Positions 11,364-24,300 of a stretch of DNA of 64,000 nt are shown one piece after another; position 1 is the first letter of the stretch, and each line of letters starts with the position of its first letter. Under the pieces are notes generated by a model. That model saw nothing but the letters and a program-made list of their open reading frames with translations. It was not told the DNA's origin and did not search any database. The DNA is from TPA_inf: Saccharomyces. Lineage: Eukaryota. The stretch covers positions 480,001-544,000 of the forward strand of contig BK006944.2 of the NCBI GenBank assembly GCA_000146045.2, in the 5' to 3' direction. The translations under genes were made by a program, and so were the position numbers.

Positions 11364-13661
11364 ATGAGTTTTTTATGGGGGTCTACAAAGTCCAAGAAAG
11401 GCAAGAATAAAAAGGCTGCAGGTTCTCTTCCGTCAGGTGTTGTTCCACAGCAACGTGTGAAACCAACACGTAAAAACGTTCCTATAGATTATCCAAGAAC
11501 TTTGGAAAAAGTACATGGTGAAAGTTTAATCTTTAGGACGTCCCTTTTAAGTGAATTGGTGAGCACTGGTAAATCTGGTATTGGTCCTCCAGACTTGATT
11601 CATTGTACAGAGTTAGATAAATTTCACGATGAGAAAATAGGTGAATTCTTTTACATCACGGGGATCGACGCCTCGAGCGTCTCTATGCCAATTGCATTTT
11701 TGAAGCTGATAAAATGGAATGATGGTAAGAAACTAAAATCAGCATCTTTGAAGAACGACGACATCACAACCTACTGCACTTTCAATATCTTTCAAAAATT
11801 GGACATTAGATTAAGATATGAATCTGAAGATGTTTATCAAGTTAATATCGTTGACTGTTTAAATGGCAACAATGAAATACCGTTGAGTGATCTTATTTGG
11901 GAAGAAACTTTCGTTAGCTGTTGCATAAGAAGCGTAATTATTAATTCAGATTTTGAAAGAAAAATACCTGGGCTAGTGGAATTACCATTTGTTTTTGAGA
12001 ACAGATGCGCGAGTGATTATAAAAGGGTGATAGATTCGTTATGCAAATTTTTGCCAAGATTTTTAGAATGTGGTTGGGATTCTACAAAGAGCGTCTATGC
12101 AACGATACTGAATAACTACCTAACTGAATCATTATTAGTATTTCTGTCTATAACTCCAGAATTCATAACAGACTATGCGATCCAGGTTTTAGACAACTTG
12201 ATGACGAATGACCCGTCAAATTCTAGATATTACGCTATTGTAATTATTTCTATCATGGAGCGAAGTAATGACCGCGATGTAGAAATGATCAAACGGATAC
12301 ACGAGATATTAGACCTATTACTACCCGTACTGTATGGATTGCCATCCGATGAACCTTACATTTCTGATTTGATCAATTGCATCACCGATGTATTAAGCAT
12401 CCAAGCAAGGTTTCTATTGAACAATAACGACTATGAACTTTCTTTATCCATTTCCACATTGGCCACGAATTTATCTTCTGATAATTTTGAATCTTGGTAT
12501 CTGTTATCTAAAGGCTATATTTTTTCACAACAGTATGATAAGGCACTGCTCTCAATCAATTCGATGCCCTGTTTAGCGGAATATGATATCGTTAAACAAG
12601 CCCAGATTAACGCTTTTAAGTTTTATATGAACTACTACAAGGCACCACTATGTCATAGCAGAGAACACTGTACCATGACATCACACGAGTTAAATCACCT
12701 CATGAATATTATGCATTATGAAAATGAGTTGGAGTTGAAGACAATAATATTTGGACGCACTGTAATGCCCAATGAATCTAAGTATGGATGTATTGAAGAG
12801 ATATGGAATAAATCCTGTCTTGAATTAGGACCTATTTGTGGACCACAGAGTGACAATCTCATAAACTTTGTATCTCAGCAGGAGGTAAATACAGTAGGAG
12901 ATATGCTGTTACTAAAACGAAGCAAAGAAACCAGACAAGAGAGTTGGTTTATAAAGCAAGTACGTCTTCTGTTGATGGAATTAGTCGCTAGAATCGGCTG
13001 GAACGCCTTACTTCAGCTAAGATCTGACGTTTTCGTTATGGAGAGTAAATTCAAAATGATAGAATCTTCGGACAAGCTGTCCACAGAATTACGCCAGAAG
13101 AGGCTCTGTCAGAGATGGTTTGATGCTATGTTTCTGGACGTTTACGAAGATTTAAGTATTAGCACTTCATCTCAAGAAAATAAGGCTACGGCGAAATACA
13201 GCGGGTTGGAATGGGAACTACTTGGCTTAACTCTGCTTCGAGTGAGTGACTTACCCGATGCAGTAGCGTGTCTACGAACTAGTATTTTGGCAAGGTTTGA
13301 CCCTATTAGTTGTCACCATCTGTTGAACTTTTATTTAACCATGGATTTTAATGATGAGTTTATGAGAAGGTTTGACGTCGATATCATTTTAGATCTATTA
13401 GTGAAATTGATCTCCTTTCGGATACGATTCTATGATAGATTTCAGATATTTTCCCTTCAAGTACTAAGGAAACTAGAGGGACAGCTGGGCTCCGAAATTA
13501 TTAAGAATAAAATAATTAATTCTCCTTACGGGCAAGCTGGCATCACTTCGGTGATAGATTATATGCTTGAATGCCTCTCTAAAAATAGGAATGAAGCCTG
13601 CCTAGCCTATGAACGCCCTCTTCCAGATCTTCCTTCCACTATCAAACCTCTGGCAGACTAA
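11364..13661 (+). CDS. BCH2: ChAPs-family exomer cargo adaptor (Chs5-Arf1 binding protein), 765 aa (start at MSFLWG, 26 codons inside the track ORF)
   Basis: Large TPR-like ORF at the YKR027W position. Length matches 765 aa from the internal Met. Confidence 0.65.
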   Translation: MSFLWGSTKSKKGKNKKAAGSLPSGVVPQQRVKPTRKNVPIDYPRTLEKVHGESLIFRTSLLSELVSTGKSGIGPPDLIHCTELDKFHDEKIGEFFYITGIDASSVSMPIAFLKLIKWNDGKKLKSASLKNDDITTYCTFNIFQKLDIRLRYESEDVYQVNIVDCLNGNNEIPLSDLIWEETFVSCCIRSVIINSDFERKIPGLVELPFVFENRCASDYKRVIDSLCKFLPRFLECGWDSTKSVYATILNNYLTESLLVFLSITPEFITDYAIQVLDNLMTNDPSNSRYYAIVIISIMERSNDRDVEMIKRIHEILDLLLPVLYGLPSDEPYISDLINCITDVLSIQARFLLNNNDYELSLSISTLATNLSSDNFESWYLLSKGYIFSQQYDKALLSINSMPCLAEYDIVKQAQINAFKFYMNYYKAPLCHSREHCTMTSHELNHLMNIMHYENELELKTIIFGRTVMPNESKYGCIEEIWNKSCLELGPICGPQSDNLINFVSQQEVNTVGDMLLLKRSKETRQESWFIKQVRLLLMELVARIGWNALLQLRSDVFVMESKFKMIESSDKLSTELRQKRLCQRWFDAMFLDVYEDLSISTSSQENKATAKYSGLEWELLGLTLLRVSDLPDAVACLRTSILARFDPISCHHLLNFYLTMDFNDEFMRRFDVDIILDLLVKLISFRIRFYDRFQIFSLQVLRKLEGQLGSEIIKNKIINSPYGQAGITSVIDYMLECLSKNRNEACLAYERPLPDLPSTIKPLAD

Positions 13662-13685
13662 CTGATCAAATTGATTTAATGAATC

Positions 13686-13712
13686 TATATATATATACTG
13701 TGTGTGTGTGTC
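13686..13712. repeat. Compound dinucleotide microsatellite (TA)5(TG)6 just 3' of BCH2
   Basis: tatatatatactgtgtgtgtgtgtctg, read directly. Confidence 0.8.
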
Positions 13713-14256
13713 TGTATTCTTAATGGACAAATTTACGGCGATAATGCTAATACTTTAGCGCGGGTAATATCCTAATAGTAATTTTTCAACGATTTGACAG
13801 AGTAAAAAATGACCAGCGTAAAAATAACATCAATACGTCAAGGGTATACTAGACCCTTTTCAGCTCTTTCCTTGTCCATTCGAAGACATATCAAAGATAA
13901 GAAAGGTGTTGGATATTTACTATTGTAATTTCACCTTTTATTTCTTTTTTTTTGACGGGCAATTGTTTGTTCGTAATAGATTTTCTATCAAGTCAAGAAT
14001 TTTTTATTCTTGCAAAGGCCGGCTCACGAATAAAGAGTTGCATTTGCCTTGCAATTCGTACGGTTAATTGTCATTTTTTCTATTTGTATTATAAGATACG
14101 AAGGGTACCTCATTGAAGTATTTTCACCTTTAGCATTTTCTTTATCATCTTTTGTTTTGTTTGTTCATTTACTTTAGCGTTTAGTTGATAAGTCCTGTTA
14201 TCCTCTTCTTTTATTTCATTTCTTCATTTACTTAACTGCGAGAAGATTATAATAGC

Positions 14257-17200
14257 ATGTCAGGTTCTTTCTGGAAGTTTGGTCAGGATTACTCGATAGA
14301 GTCACCGGTTTCTAAGATTCTAAATAGTGCCTTTATTAAAATCAATAAGGACCAAGATGACGACGTACCTACCGGCACATGTGAAGAAAATATTGCTGAT
14401 GACGAAGATAACTCTTCACATGACTACGCTGCTTCTGAAGATAATGTAGTTAACGAGAACGAAGAGAAGGAAGAAGAAAATACTCTGCCCACTACAGAAT
14501 CGGAATATGAAAATTATAGACCTAATTTGGACGTCTTAGACGATTTGCTGGATGATGACGAACTGTATACGGAATTAATGTGTTCAAATTTCAAGCTACT
14601 AATATTCTTGAAGTATCCTGATGTTTTATCAAAATTGATAGAATATGTTACCAACGAGAAGATTCTCGACGAAGAAACAGATAGCGCTAAAAAGCCAGAG
14701 ATTATTGAAGGTGTAAACGATCATCCTATTTTGATAGAAAGAGACAGAAAGGATAAAAAGGAGGACGCTGAAGAAGGAGGCGACTCAGAAGAAACTACAA
14801 ATGATAGCGATCATGACTCTGGGGACGAAAGAAGTGTTGATTCTGAAGAGACAAGCATTACTTTGCCACCGGAATCTGAGGAACAAGTGGAGACTAGAAG
14901 GGCAAGGATAGCTGCTGAAATTTTATCGGCTGATGTATGGCCTATATCCGCAGCAATAATGCAAAATAAGGATCTTCTTGGTAGATTGTGGTCGATACTA
15001 GATCACCCAGCTCCCTTACCGATACCAGCTTCCACCTACTTCATGAAAATAAATGAAAGACTTCTCGATATGGATATAACGGGGATGTTAGAGTTTATAT
15101 TAAGCCGAGACAGCTTGGTTGCAAGGTTCTTGACACATGTTGACAATCCGTCTTTGATGGACTTCCTTTTGAAAGTTATCTCGACGGATAAACCTGACTC
15201 TCCCACGGGTGTCATAAAGATACTAAAATCACAGGAATTAATACCTAAACTTTTAGATCATCTTAATCCAGAATACGGTATTTCCACTCAGTCTGCGGCA
15301 GGCGATTTTATTAAGGCATTCGTCACGTTAAGCACTAACTCAAGCAATGAACTTGCTTCGGGAATAGGTCCTAATGAATTGACAAGGCAATTAGTATCAG
15401 AAGAAATGATAGAAAAGTTGATTAAGATAATGCTAAAGGGCGGTACATCCTTAAGTAATGGTGTTGGAATTATCATAGAGTTGATCAGGAAGAATAACTC
15501 AGATTATGATTTCATCCAACTAGTCTACACTACCCTAGAAAGTCACCCTCCCACTGATCGAGATCCAATTCACTTGATACATTTAGTCAAACTTTTTGCT
15601 AAGCATATGCCTGATTTTGCTGATATGCTGGATAAAACCAAGTTGCCACTAATGGAAATGCCATTCGGTAATATTGAACCTCTGGGATTTGAGAGGTTTA
15701 AAATCTGTGAACTTATTGCAGAACTATTGCACTGTTCTAATATGACGCTGCTAAATGAGCCCAATGGTGAGATGATTGCCCAAGAACGTGATATAGAAAG
15801 GGCCAAAGAATTAGAAACTTCAACCGAAAAGGAAAATATAACAGCTATTGTGGACAATAAATCATCATATTATGATAAGGATTGCGTAGAGAAGGATATC
15901 ACAGAAAATTTAGGCGCTCTTCAAATAAATAATCAAGGAAGTGAAGAAGATGAATTAAATGATACTGGGGTATCAAGTGTAAAACTAGATGTGAAATCAG
16001 ACGCAAAGGTAGTTGAGGGGCTAGAAAATGATGCTTCTGGAGTAGAGTTGTATGATGAAACCTTGTCTGACACAGAATCCGTGAGAGAATGCCTAAGGGA
16101 AAAACCGCTAGTTGGAGACAGGCTGAAGATTGCTCTAGAAGACACTAAGATACTGATTAGTATCCTTGATATGTTCACTGAGTTCCCTTGGAATAATTTT
16201 TTGCATAATGTAATTTTTGATATTGCCCAGCAAATATTCAATGGTCCCCTCAAAACTGGTTATAATAGGTTCCTCTTGAAAGATTATTTGGTTGATGCAT
16301 ACCTAACTAAAAAGATAGTAGATGCGGATAAGGCATGTCAAGACTATGAAAAAAAGACCGGTTTACGTTATGGTTATATGGGTCATTTGACATTAGTTGC
16401 CGAAGAAATATCGAAGTTCAAAGAGTATATTGATGAAATGAAGCTAACTTTTTGCAATACCGCTGTTTCAGATCGACTTGAGGAACCATTTTGGAAAGAA
16501 TATAGTGAAACGATCTTGGCTGATACAAGAGAGAAGTATAACACCGTTTTGGGAGATTTTGGCAATGACCAAGAAAGCGATGACGATGTTATTAGGAATT
16601 CTGATTCTGAGGATATAATTGGTGATACAGAGGGCAACGAAAACTACGGAAATGGAGAAAACGATGAACTTCTTAGTAACGGGCATGATTCTGGGAACAT
16701 GGATTTATATTATAACTTCAATAATAACGAGAATGAAGAAAATGAAGAAGATTACGCAGAGTATAGTGATGTGGATAATAAAAATTACTATAATAACGTC
16801 GAGACTAACGACGATGATTATGATAGTGATGATGGTAAATCCAAAAGTGCCGAATCAGAGTTTACCGATAAAATATCTGAACATAGGGATGGCAATAGTC
16901 TCTATAATGAGGACAATGATGAAAACGGGAGTGACAAATGGACATCGGGTACTTCATTGTTCCCTCCAGACCATTTTCCTAGTAGGTCACAACCTTCAGA
17001 TCCTAAACTGCAAGACCAGAATATTTTTCACCATCAGTTTGACTTTGAAGGTGTTGGCGATGACGATGACTATATGGATCCTAATGATGATGGCCAGTCA
17101 TATGCCAGACCTGGTAATCCATTGTATACTACCCCGAAAACACCACCAAGACCGAAGACTATTCTTTTCAATTCTTTATCCGCATTGGATAATAATGGCG

Positions 17201-17358
17201 AAGACGAAGAAGTGGCACTAGGCACCAGTGTTGATGATCGAATGGATAACGAGATATCAAGCGATGAAGAAGACTCCGAAGATGAAGATGAAGAGAATGA
17301 TATGGGCAATGAGGAGGGCTACTCATTATATAGGTCAAGAAGTAAAGAAGCTTTCTGA
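14257..17358 (+). CDS. SAP190: SIT4 phosphatase-associated protein (SAPS domain), 1033 aa
   Basis: SAPS-family central region. Extremely acidic and Asn-rich N- and C-termini. Position YKR028W. Confidence 0.75.
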   Translation: MSGSFWKFGQDYSIESPVSKILNSAFIKINKDQDDDVPTGTCEENIADDEDNSSHDYAASEDNVVNENEEKEEENTLPTTESEYENYRPNLDVLDDLLDDDELYTELMCSNFKLLIFLKYPDVLSKLIEYVTNEKILDEETDSAKKPEIIEGVNDHPILIERDRKDKKEDAEEGGDSEETTNDSDHDSGDERSVDSEETSITLPPESEEQVETRRARIAAEILSADVWPISAAIMQNKDLLGRLWSILDHPAPLPIPASTYFMKINERLLDMDITGMLEFILSRDSLVARFLTHVDNPSLMDFLLKVISTDKPDSPTGVIKILKSQELIPKLLDHLNPEYGISTQSAAGDFIKAFVTLSTNSSNELASGIGPNELTRQLVSEEMIEKLIKIMLKGGTSLSNGVGIIIELIRKNNSDYDFIQLVYTTLESHPPTDRDPIHLIHLVKLFAKHMPDFADMLDKTKLPLMEMPFGNIEPLGFERFKICELIAELLHCSNMTLLNEPNGEMIAQERDIERAKELETSTEKENITAIVDNKSSYYDKDCVEKDITENLGALQINNQGSEEDELNDTGVSSVKLDVKSDAKVVEGLENDASGVELYDETLSDTESVRECLREKPLVGDRLKIALEDTKILISILDMFTEFPWNNFLHNVIFDIAQQIFNGPLKTGYNRFLLKDYLVDAYLTKKIVDADKACQDYEKKTGLRYGYMGHLTLVAEEISKFKEYIDEMKLTFCNTAVSDRLEEPFWKEYSETILADTREKYNTVLGDFGNDQESDDDVIRNSDSEDIIGDTEGNENYGNGENDELLSNGHDSGNMDLYYNFNNNENEENEEDYAEYSDVDNKNYYNNVETNDDDYDSDDGKSKSAESEFTDKISEHRDGNSLYNEDNDENGSDKWTSGTSLFPPDHFPSRSQPSDPKLQDQNIFHHQFDFEGVGDDDDYMDPNDDGQSYARPGNPLYTTPKTPPRPKTILFNSLSALDNNGEDEEVALGTSVDDRMDNEISSDEEDSEDEDEENDMGNEEGYSLYRSRSKEAF

Positions 17359-17577
17359 ACTAAAACATTCACATTGTCACATTTTCACCCTTTATTCATC
17401 AATTTTTTATTGCTCCACTTTTTTCGCATATAGGTCATTTATAATTCATCAAATATATACTTTTTTAATTGAGGCTTGTAATTTAATATTAACCGAATAT
17501 AATCTTATAAAGAATAATGAATATTCACTTTTGAATATACTTAAGTTTATATAGGTGTAAGAAGGAAATGTCCATGT

Positions 17578-19833
17578 TTATTTCAGTAGTTTTTTTCTGT
17601 AATCCGCAAAGCTTAATTTCTTTTTCGAATGCAGTTGTGAGGACGAAAAATCTGATAAGTGCATTATACTTTCTGGAGTGGATTCTCGCCTTGAATTAAC
17701 CGAAGCTTCTGTCATGATTTCTTTTGTTTTTGCTTGACTGTGTTGTGCTTCCTTTGACAGTTCTTTATTGAAATTTGAAAGAGAAGGGGTTCTACTTAAT
17801 TTATGTTCATTCTTTGATTGACTCTCTTCGACATCGTTTGCAGTTTGCCTTGACGTCTTGTTTATTGGTAAAAGAACTGGAATTGGTAATTCTTCAATAT
17901 TGGTAATGTGTGATTCGTCATAATCTGTGCTCTTCGTAATTATTAAAGGTTTTTCTGAAGTTTCATTTTTTTTGGGAACAGAAATATTAGAAGAATGTTG
18001 TGCAAATAAGGCGAATTTGAAGGGTTTTGCAATATCATCAGGATTATTTGTACTATCAATAGTATTCTTTTGAGGAATTTTTGGACCATTATTTCGATTA
18101 AGGAATTTTTGTCGATAAAAATTATTCAAAAGTATTGGAGCTCTTTCTATAGTATTTTGAGCCTTTTCTTCTAGCCTATGCAAAATTGGTGGCTCACGTC
18201 TCTTTTTGCAATTATATTGGTTGAGAATTTCATTTAATTTATATCTGTTGTTCATTTTTCCTCTGGATTTCACAGATTTATAAAGACTTTGCGCGTATCT
18301 CTTCACTTTCAATAAATAACAATCTTTAGAATTATTTCCACAGCCGCATTCGCCGTTACTCAAAATTGTTTCTACCGAATTTATCAGCCCATACCTTTCA
18401 AGGTCATCTAAAGAGTCTATTGTCATGCCCTTTATTAATTTTAATATAGGATGTTTTGAATCCCACTGCCATTTGATGTATAACTCCTCATCCTCTGAAA
18501 TATCTCTCAAAGCTCTTAAAACAAATTTTATTCTACTTGATTTTCTTCCACTGCTTTTGTCATTCCTATTGTCTGTATCTTGCAGTTTTATAGTTACTAA
18601 TTCAACATTCGGCTGGCAACTTCTTCTCAAATACCTAGTTGAATTGCCTGATAAGCGTGCATCTATATATATCGGCCAATGGGAATGGAAAATGACCCTT
18701 CTTTTAGCTGTACCCCATATCCTGTAATGGTTTCGTGGGTCAGTGAGATAATTTTTATAGAAGTCCAATTCGCCTAAAATTTCTTGAATGAAATCACCTT
18801 TTATGCAGTCCTTTTTGAGATAAACTCCTAATTTCGTGAAGCCTGGGTAAGTCCTGGAATATGCAATGTCAGCATACGGTTTGACTTCAATTGACACAGA
18901 TTTAAAGGTCTTATGAGGATATTGTATGACCCAATTATCATCCATATGTTTATTTAAGAACGGTTCGATCAGATCACTTTTAAACACATTGTCTTTCAAG
19001 GGCAAGTATATTGCACCATATGCGTCTTTTGCACTCAGGAAATGCTCTTTTTTCTTGGGCATAGAAGTCAATCCATCGGAAGAATTGACAGAAGCGCTTT
19101 CGTTTTTGGAGTCTATACTATTATTTGATGGGTTTCTTTTCCTTCTTTTGTCCCTGTGGTTAGTATTGTCCTGATCCGTTGAAAAGCTATCGCCAACGTC
19201 ACTAATAGTTGTACTCGATGCTCTGTCCCGACCGTTATTCTTATTACTAGCACTATTGTTTGATGAAGAAGGTTCTACTGTTTTTACGTTTATGCGTTCC
19301 TGCTGTATTTTCCTAGCCAAGTTAATGTCTACCTCTCTTGGATCACATGAGTTGCAAAGGTAATCATCAGGTGCCATCCCAATATCTTTGATGCCATAGC
19401 AAATAGCATGCTGCCATCTGTTGCAGTGGTCACATTGGATAGTGAATCCATCATCATCATTTAAATCACATATACATGTAATTATACCCGCGTCAGGATC
19501 GACTATATACGAATCAGGTACCGGCCATTGAGGTTGCTTTTGAGGTTGATTTTCGGTCTCTTCTTTTGCTGCCGTGGATGTTGCTGCTTCTGCCGCCGAT
19601 TGCTCAGTAGCTTTCTTTAAAGGTAAAGAAACTGTGGATGCTGTAGCCAGTGCTGCTGCTGCCATTTCTATTGCTCCTTTTTTTTCTCTCTCATGAGACT
19701 CATCATGCTCAATAGTATCTGTTTTAGAGCCTATTTTTGAAGCTTCTTCAGCTCTTTTTTTCCCTTTTGAAAACAATAACAATGTGGATGCATCATCTAG
19801 GAGCGACTGCTCTTTGGAATTAGGTACTGACAT
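17578..19833 (-). CDS. SET3: SET3C histone deacetylase complex subunit with a PHD finger and a SET domain, 751 aa
   Basis: PHD finger [28 protein letters not shown]...CNSC. SET motifs [10 protein letters not shown] and ELYIKWQWD. Confidence 0.85.
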
Positions 19834-20281
19834 GATTCAGTTCTCGTATTTTGTGAAGTACGATCTAAAACTGTTGTATATACGCTTTAAATCATGTTTA
19901 CTAGAAAGGTCCTTTATTACTACTTTCTGTATATAGCATGTCGTTGATAATGATATGCATCTATCATGACATAGTAAGATGAATGAGTTGGTTGAACAAT
20001 TTCCAGGGAAACAAAGGACTAGTTTCATGTCTTTAATGTTTTTTTACGAATAATATACCATGCTATAAAAGTATTATAATAAAAGGTATCGACTACCTGT
20101 AATCTAGAATGATAATTTCATACAACGATCACTTCCAACGGTTAAATAATTACCAATAGACCTTACTAGAATATTAAACTTAACAGGTTTAAATTTTGTT
20201 GAAATAACTGCAAAAAGCCAGAAAGAAACAGATTTGCACTATAATTTTTCGATTGCCACTACTTAGTCAACGGATTTATCA

Positions 20282-21103
20282 ATGTCATATTTGCCGACTT
20301 ATTCCAACGACTTGCCAGCAGGCCCGCAAGGCCAGAGGAGGCGTAATAATGGTAATGAAAACGATGCAAGACAAGGCTACGGTCAGCAATCTGTGCCGAT
20401 GGTAATCAGGAGGCTTTTCAAAACGCCAAAGAATTTAGATCTCGAGACAGCCAGCTGGGAAATGTTCCATTTGATTTTCCATCCAAGAAAAGCTTATAGA
20501 TCAATATATTATCAGCGACAGACGAAAAATCAGTGGGCGAGAGATGATCCTTCCTTTTTCATCTTCCAAATAGCCTTAATTTCACTCAGTTCTATTATTT
20601 GGTCGATTTATAATTCAGGTTTCAACAACGACAGTGATATGGGGGCCTTGAGCATTATAGGTCATTTTTTCAAAAGTTTGGTAATGATGGTGATTTTAGA
20701 TTTTTTCATATTTGGATTTATTATGGCAACTATTTTTTACCTTTTGTTGAATAGGTCACATTTTAAATTCAAATCGAGCCAAAATAGTGTGGTAGAGTGG
20801 GCTTATTGTTTCGACGTTCATTGTAATTCATTTTTAATCATCCTACTGTGCCTATACTTCATTCAGTTTTTACTACTGCCCATAATTAATTTACAAAACT
20901 GGATTTCCTTACTCATTGGTAATTCGTTATATTGTTTTGCTATTGGCCATTACTTTATTTTAACCTTTTATGGATACAACCAGTTGCCATTCTTGAAAAA
21001 TTTGAACTTTATACTTTTACCAACATTAGGATTATCGATAATCTATTTAATCAGTTTATTTGGCATCGACTTATCCAAGAAATTAAGCTTTTACAATTAT
21101 TAA
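20282..21103 (+). CDS. GMH1: Golgi multi-pass membrane protein, Gea1/2-interacting (Unc-50 family), 273 aa
   Basis: Several hydrophobic segments. Position and strand match YKR030W. Confidence 0.65.
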   Translation: MSYLPTYSNDLPAGPQGQRRRNNGNENDARQGYGQQSVPMVIRRLFKTPKNLDLETASWEMFHLIFHPRKAYRSIYYQRQTKNQWARDDPSFFIFQIALISLSSIIWSIYNSGFNNDSDMGALSIIGHFFKSLVMMVILDFFIFGFIMATIFYLLLNRSHFKFKSSQNSVVEWAYCFDVHCNSFLIILLCLYFIQFLLLPIINLQNWISLLIGNSLYCFAIGHYFILTFYGYNQLPFLKNLNFILLPTLGLSIIYLISLFGIDLSKKLSFYNY

Positions 21104-21343
21104 GCAATTGAACACGGAAATAGAAAAAATTTGGTTCTTTAAGATAAAGCACATAAATTACATAATGATATTATTATTATATATATTTGAAGTATAAAAA
21201 TGCAATGAGTAATAAGAGCAATAATGACACTATGGACCAAAAGAATGCATAATGAAAACTGTTTATGTATCAGCGTCGAATGCTTATAACAGATAAAAGG
21301 AAAATACAGGTAATGGTGTGTTCCTGGTCGTTTTTATATTCCC

Positions 21344-24300
21344 TTAATTGTAGATTTCCATTGGAGAAAGTCTATCCGAGTTAAAAATCCAATTTCTACT
21401 CTCAACTTCTTTAGCTAACCATTCGGTTGGGAAAATGACCAAATGACCGTGGATCCTTTCCAAGATTCTCTGCGCCGTATGTTTGTCAAAAACCTTTTGA
21501 TTGAATCCATAAAGCAAACTACCGGATAACTTCATTCTCAATTCAGCGGCTTTTCTCATTTTTTCCTTTTCCCTATCCTTATCTACAACATTTGTAGTAG
21601 TAGAATTAATATTTTCAGCCTCTAAGTCAATCAACTTTTCCTGGTTTATTTGAAATTCTTGTTCTAATTCAGTAAATTCTCCATATTCTTTCCAATTTTG
21701 TACAGCATTATCGGGTTGACAATGAAACACTAATTTATAGAGTAATGTATTTCTCAAGGCTATAGTGAACCATAGCCCTTCAGAAAACGAAGAAATAAGA
21801 GGATCCTCGAAGGAATACGGGTCAATGAAGTTGAGTTTCAATAACTCTTCTTTTTTTGCGTCATCAATTTCACCACTGTTAAAGTTAGTGATCTTAGGAA
21901 TTATCTGAGAAAGTAGATCGTCCAGTGAACCATCATCTAGTTCTTGATTTTTCAAAATATCTTCGTGCAATCTATGATATTCATCGCCTTCGATATCTTG
22001 GTCGACATTAGTGCTTTCTCCTTCATTGCTCTTTTCGTTTAATGGCAGACTATTAGACCCATTTCTGGTACTTTCTGTGCTTGAACTTAAATGTCTTCTC
22101 ATATCTTTGATTTTCTTCAATCTCTGTGTTTTTCTTTCGTCGAGTTTATGAGATAAATATTGCAAGTAGCATATCCTTTTGAGCATACTCCATTTGTTTC
22201 TATTGGTAACAGTTTTATCCGTGAGATACATTTCTAGATCTTTCTCATTGGGCAAATAATTTGAAAATCCTTCTGGAATTTCTGATTTTATCATTTCTTT
22301 ATCGTCAAGAACTTTCGAGGCCAATGAGTTCAATGCCCACTCCTTTAGCTGTTCAGTTGCATCGGCCTTGAATTTTTTGTTGGATTCCTTTTTCCAACAA
22401 TCGGGACCGTAGCCATCAACCTCTTTTTTATGTTCATCATTCTTTCTTAATCTTGGATCAGTACTTAAGACTTTGTGGTCTCGTATACCGACATTTTCAA
22501 TTCCTGCCCTGTGGTTGAATGTTAGCCCTAAAGATGCAAAATTATGTTTGGGCAGAGGCGTTCTCTTACGTGATGATTTACCGTAGTCCACAGAATTGAA
22601 GAATTTTTCATAAACGTTTTCATCTTCTCTTCCCACTTCTTTTTCATTTATGCCACACTGAGTGCTTCCATCATCAACACTGTTTCCATGACCACTCTTC
22701 CATTGAGGGCTAAATTTACAACCAAATATTTCACGATAACCTAGCTCAATCATAGCGGAATCGATCATTTCTCGATCGCTCCAATTGTTACCACTATCTC
22801 CCTCCTTACTTAGGGTATGAAGTTTTTCATAATTCTTTGCAGCAAACTTTTCAAACCTTTCAAATTTCTTTTCAACAAACTCAACAAGATCTACATCACA
22901 ACCTAAATGTTCCCTCATTAATCGCTGCCTTAATTCCCAAGGAAATTTTCCCGCGTAGTAATCGTCACCATTCATTTTGGTCTTTATCAAGTCGGTGTCT
23001 CTAATAAGAATTGCCACCTCACTATCTCTATTACCCAGTTGTGATCTTTCGTTAATATTAGCAGACCCTATAATACATCTTCTGTCATCAGCAATCAGAA
23101 TTTTAGCATGAACGTAGAGCTGCTCGGTGATTAATCTTTCATTAGGCGCAAAAGTCGACCATTTTCTTAGTGAAAAGAACTGAATATATTGAGCTGGGTC
23201 AATATTTAGTTTCTTCAGTTTACTAAATGTAGAATGTTCACCTCTTGAAATTGATTGATATTGGAATTGCATAATTAAACGAAGACTTGAGGCTTCTGCA
23301 GTATCTACTGGAGAATCGAATCCTGGCATTAGTGGGATAAGAATAAAGGCTTTCCAAGGTTTTTTCTCCTGATTAGCTTTGACTATCCTATCAACGAGAG
23401 CATCACCAATTTTATTCAAAACGCAAGTCCCGTTCCAGACAGTTGATGTAATGAAGAATTGATTCTCAATATAAATAAAGTGTTCACTTTGTTCAATTAA
23501 CTTCAGGTAAGCATTTTGAATTGAGCATTCCGTTTCCTTTAGCCCAAGAGACCAGTTCCCAGCACTTCTAAGTATTTGAGTTTCACAAGTCGATTTTTCG
23601 CGTAGAATTTCGAACATCGGCAAACTCTTCAATTCTTCAGCAGTTAAATCTGAAGGCGGGGTTAGTAATGGAGTTAACCTACTAGGTCTCTTAGCTCTCA
23701 ATAAGTAATTCCATCTTTGAACAAAATGTCGGGCTAAGTCTCTTGCTGGCTCACCCAAAGTCATCATTTGCACATCATGCCATGGCATCCTCGGAATGAC
23801 TTTTCTATCATACATTGATTCGAATGGTTTATCTAAATCATGAAAATCAGCAATTCTGGCATTTGAATAATCCTTACCAGGAAAATTTTGATCTAATAAA
23901 GATTCTGCATCATCTCGTAGAACGTGTTCAAAAGTATCATATCTACCATAACATAAATCTGTACCACCAATAAATGCAAATGTTTCATCAATAACGACAA
24001 ACTTCTCGTGGTGTGCCCAAAAATATGTATTTTGTAGCCATTGATTGGGAGACCTTATGATATGTATATTTGGATGTAAATTTAGCATAGAATGCTTGGT
24101 CCAAAGACTATCTGTCCCAACAATATTCCCCACATTCCTATAAATCACAATAAAAATTTTGATACCTTTTTCTGCACAACTTTTCAGCATACGATCAATT
24201 CTAAATCCCTGGTTGCCTTTCACCGGACGTCGCAAGTATAATTCAGGGGATAGCCACCAATCATGGATATATATGACATCCTTTGCCATTAAGAGGGCCT

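Noticed and set aside
16619-17221. 200-aa plus-strand ORF rich in Met/Ile/Thr inside the 3' end of SAP190
   Set aside because: An alternative frame of GAT/GAA/AAT-rich DNA. Nested in the SAP190 CDS on the same strand, so it cannot be an independent gene.
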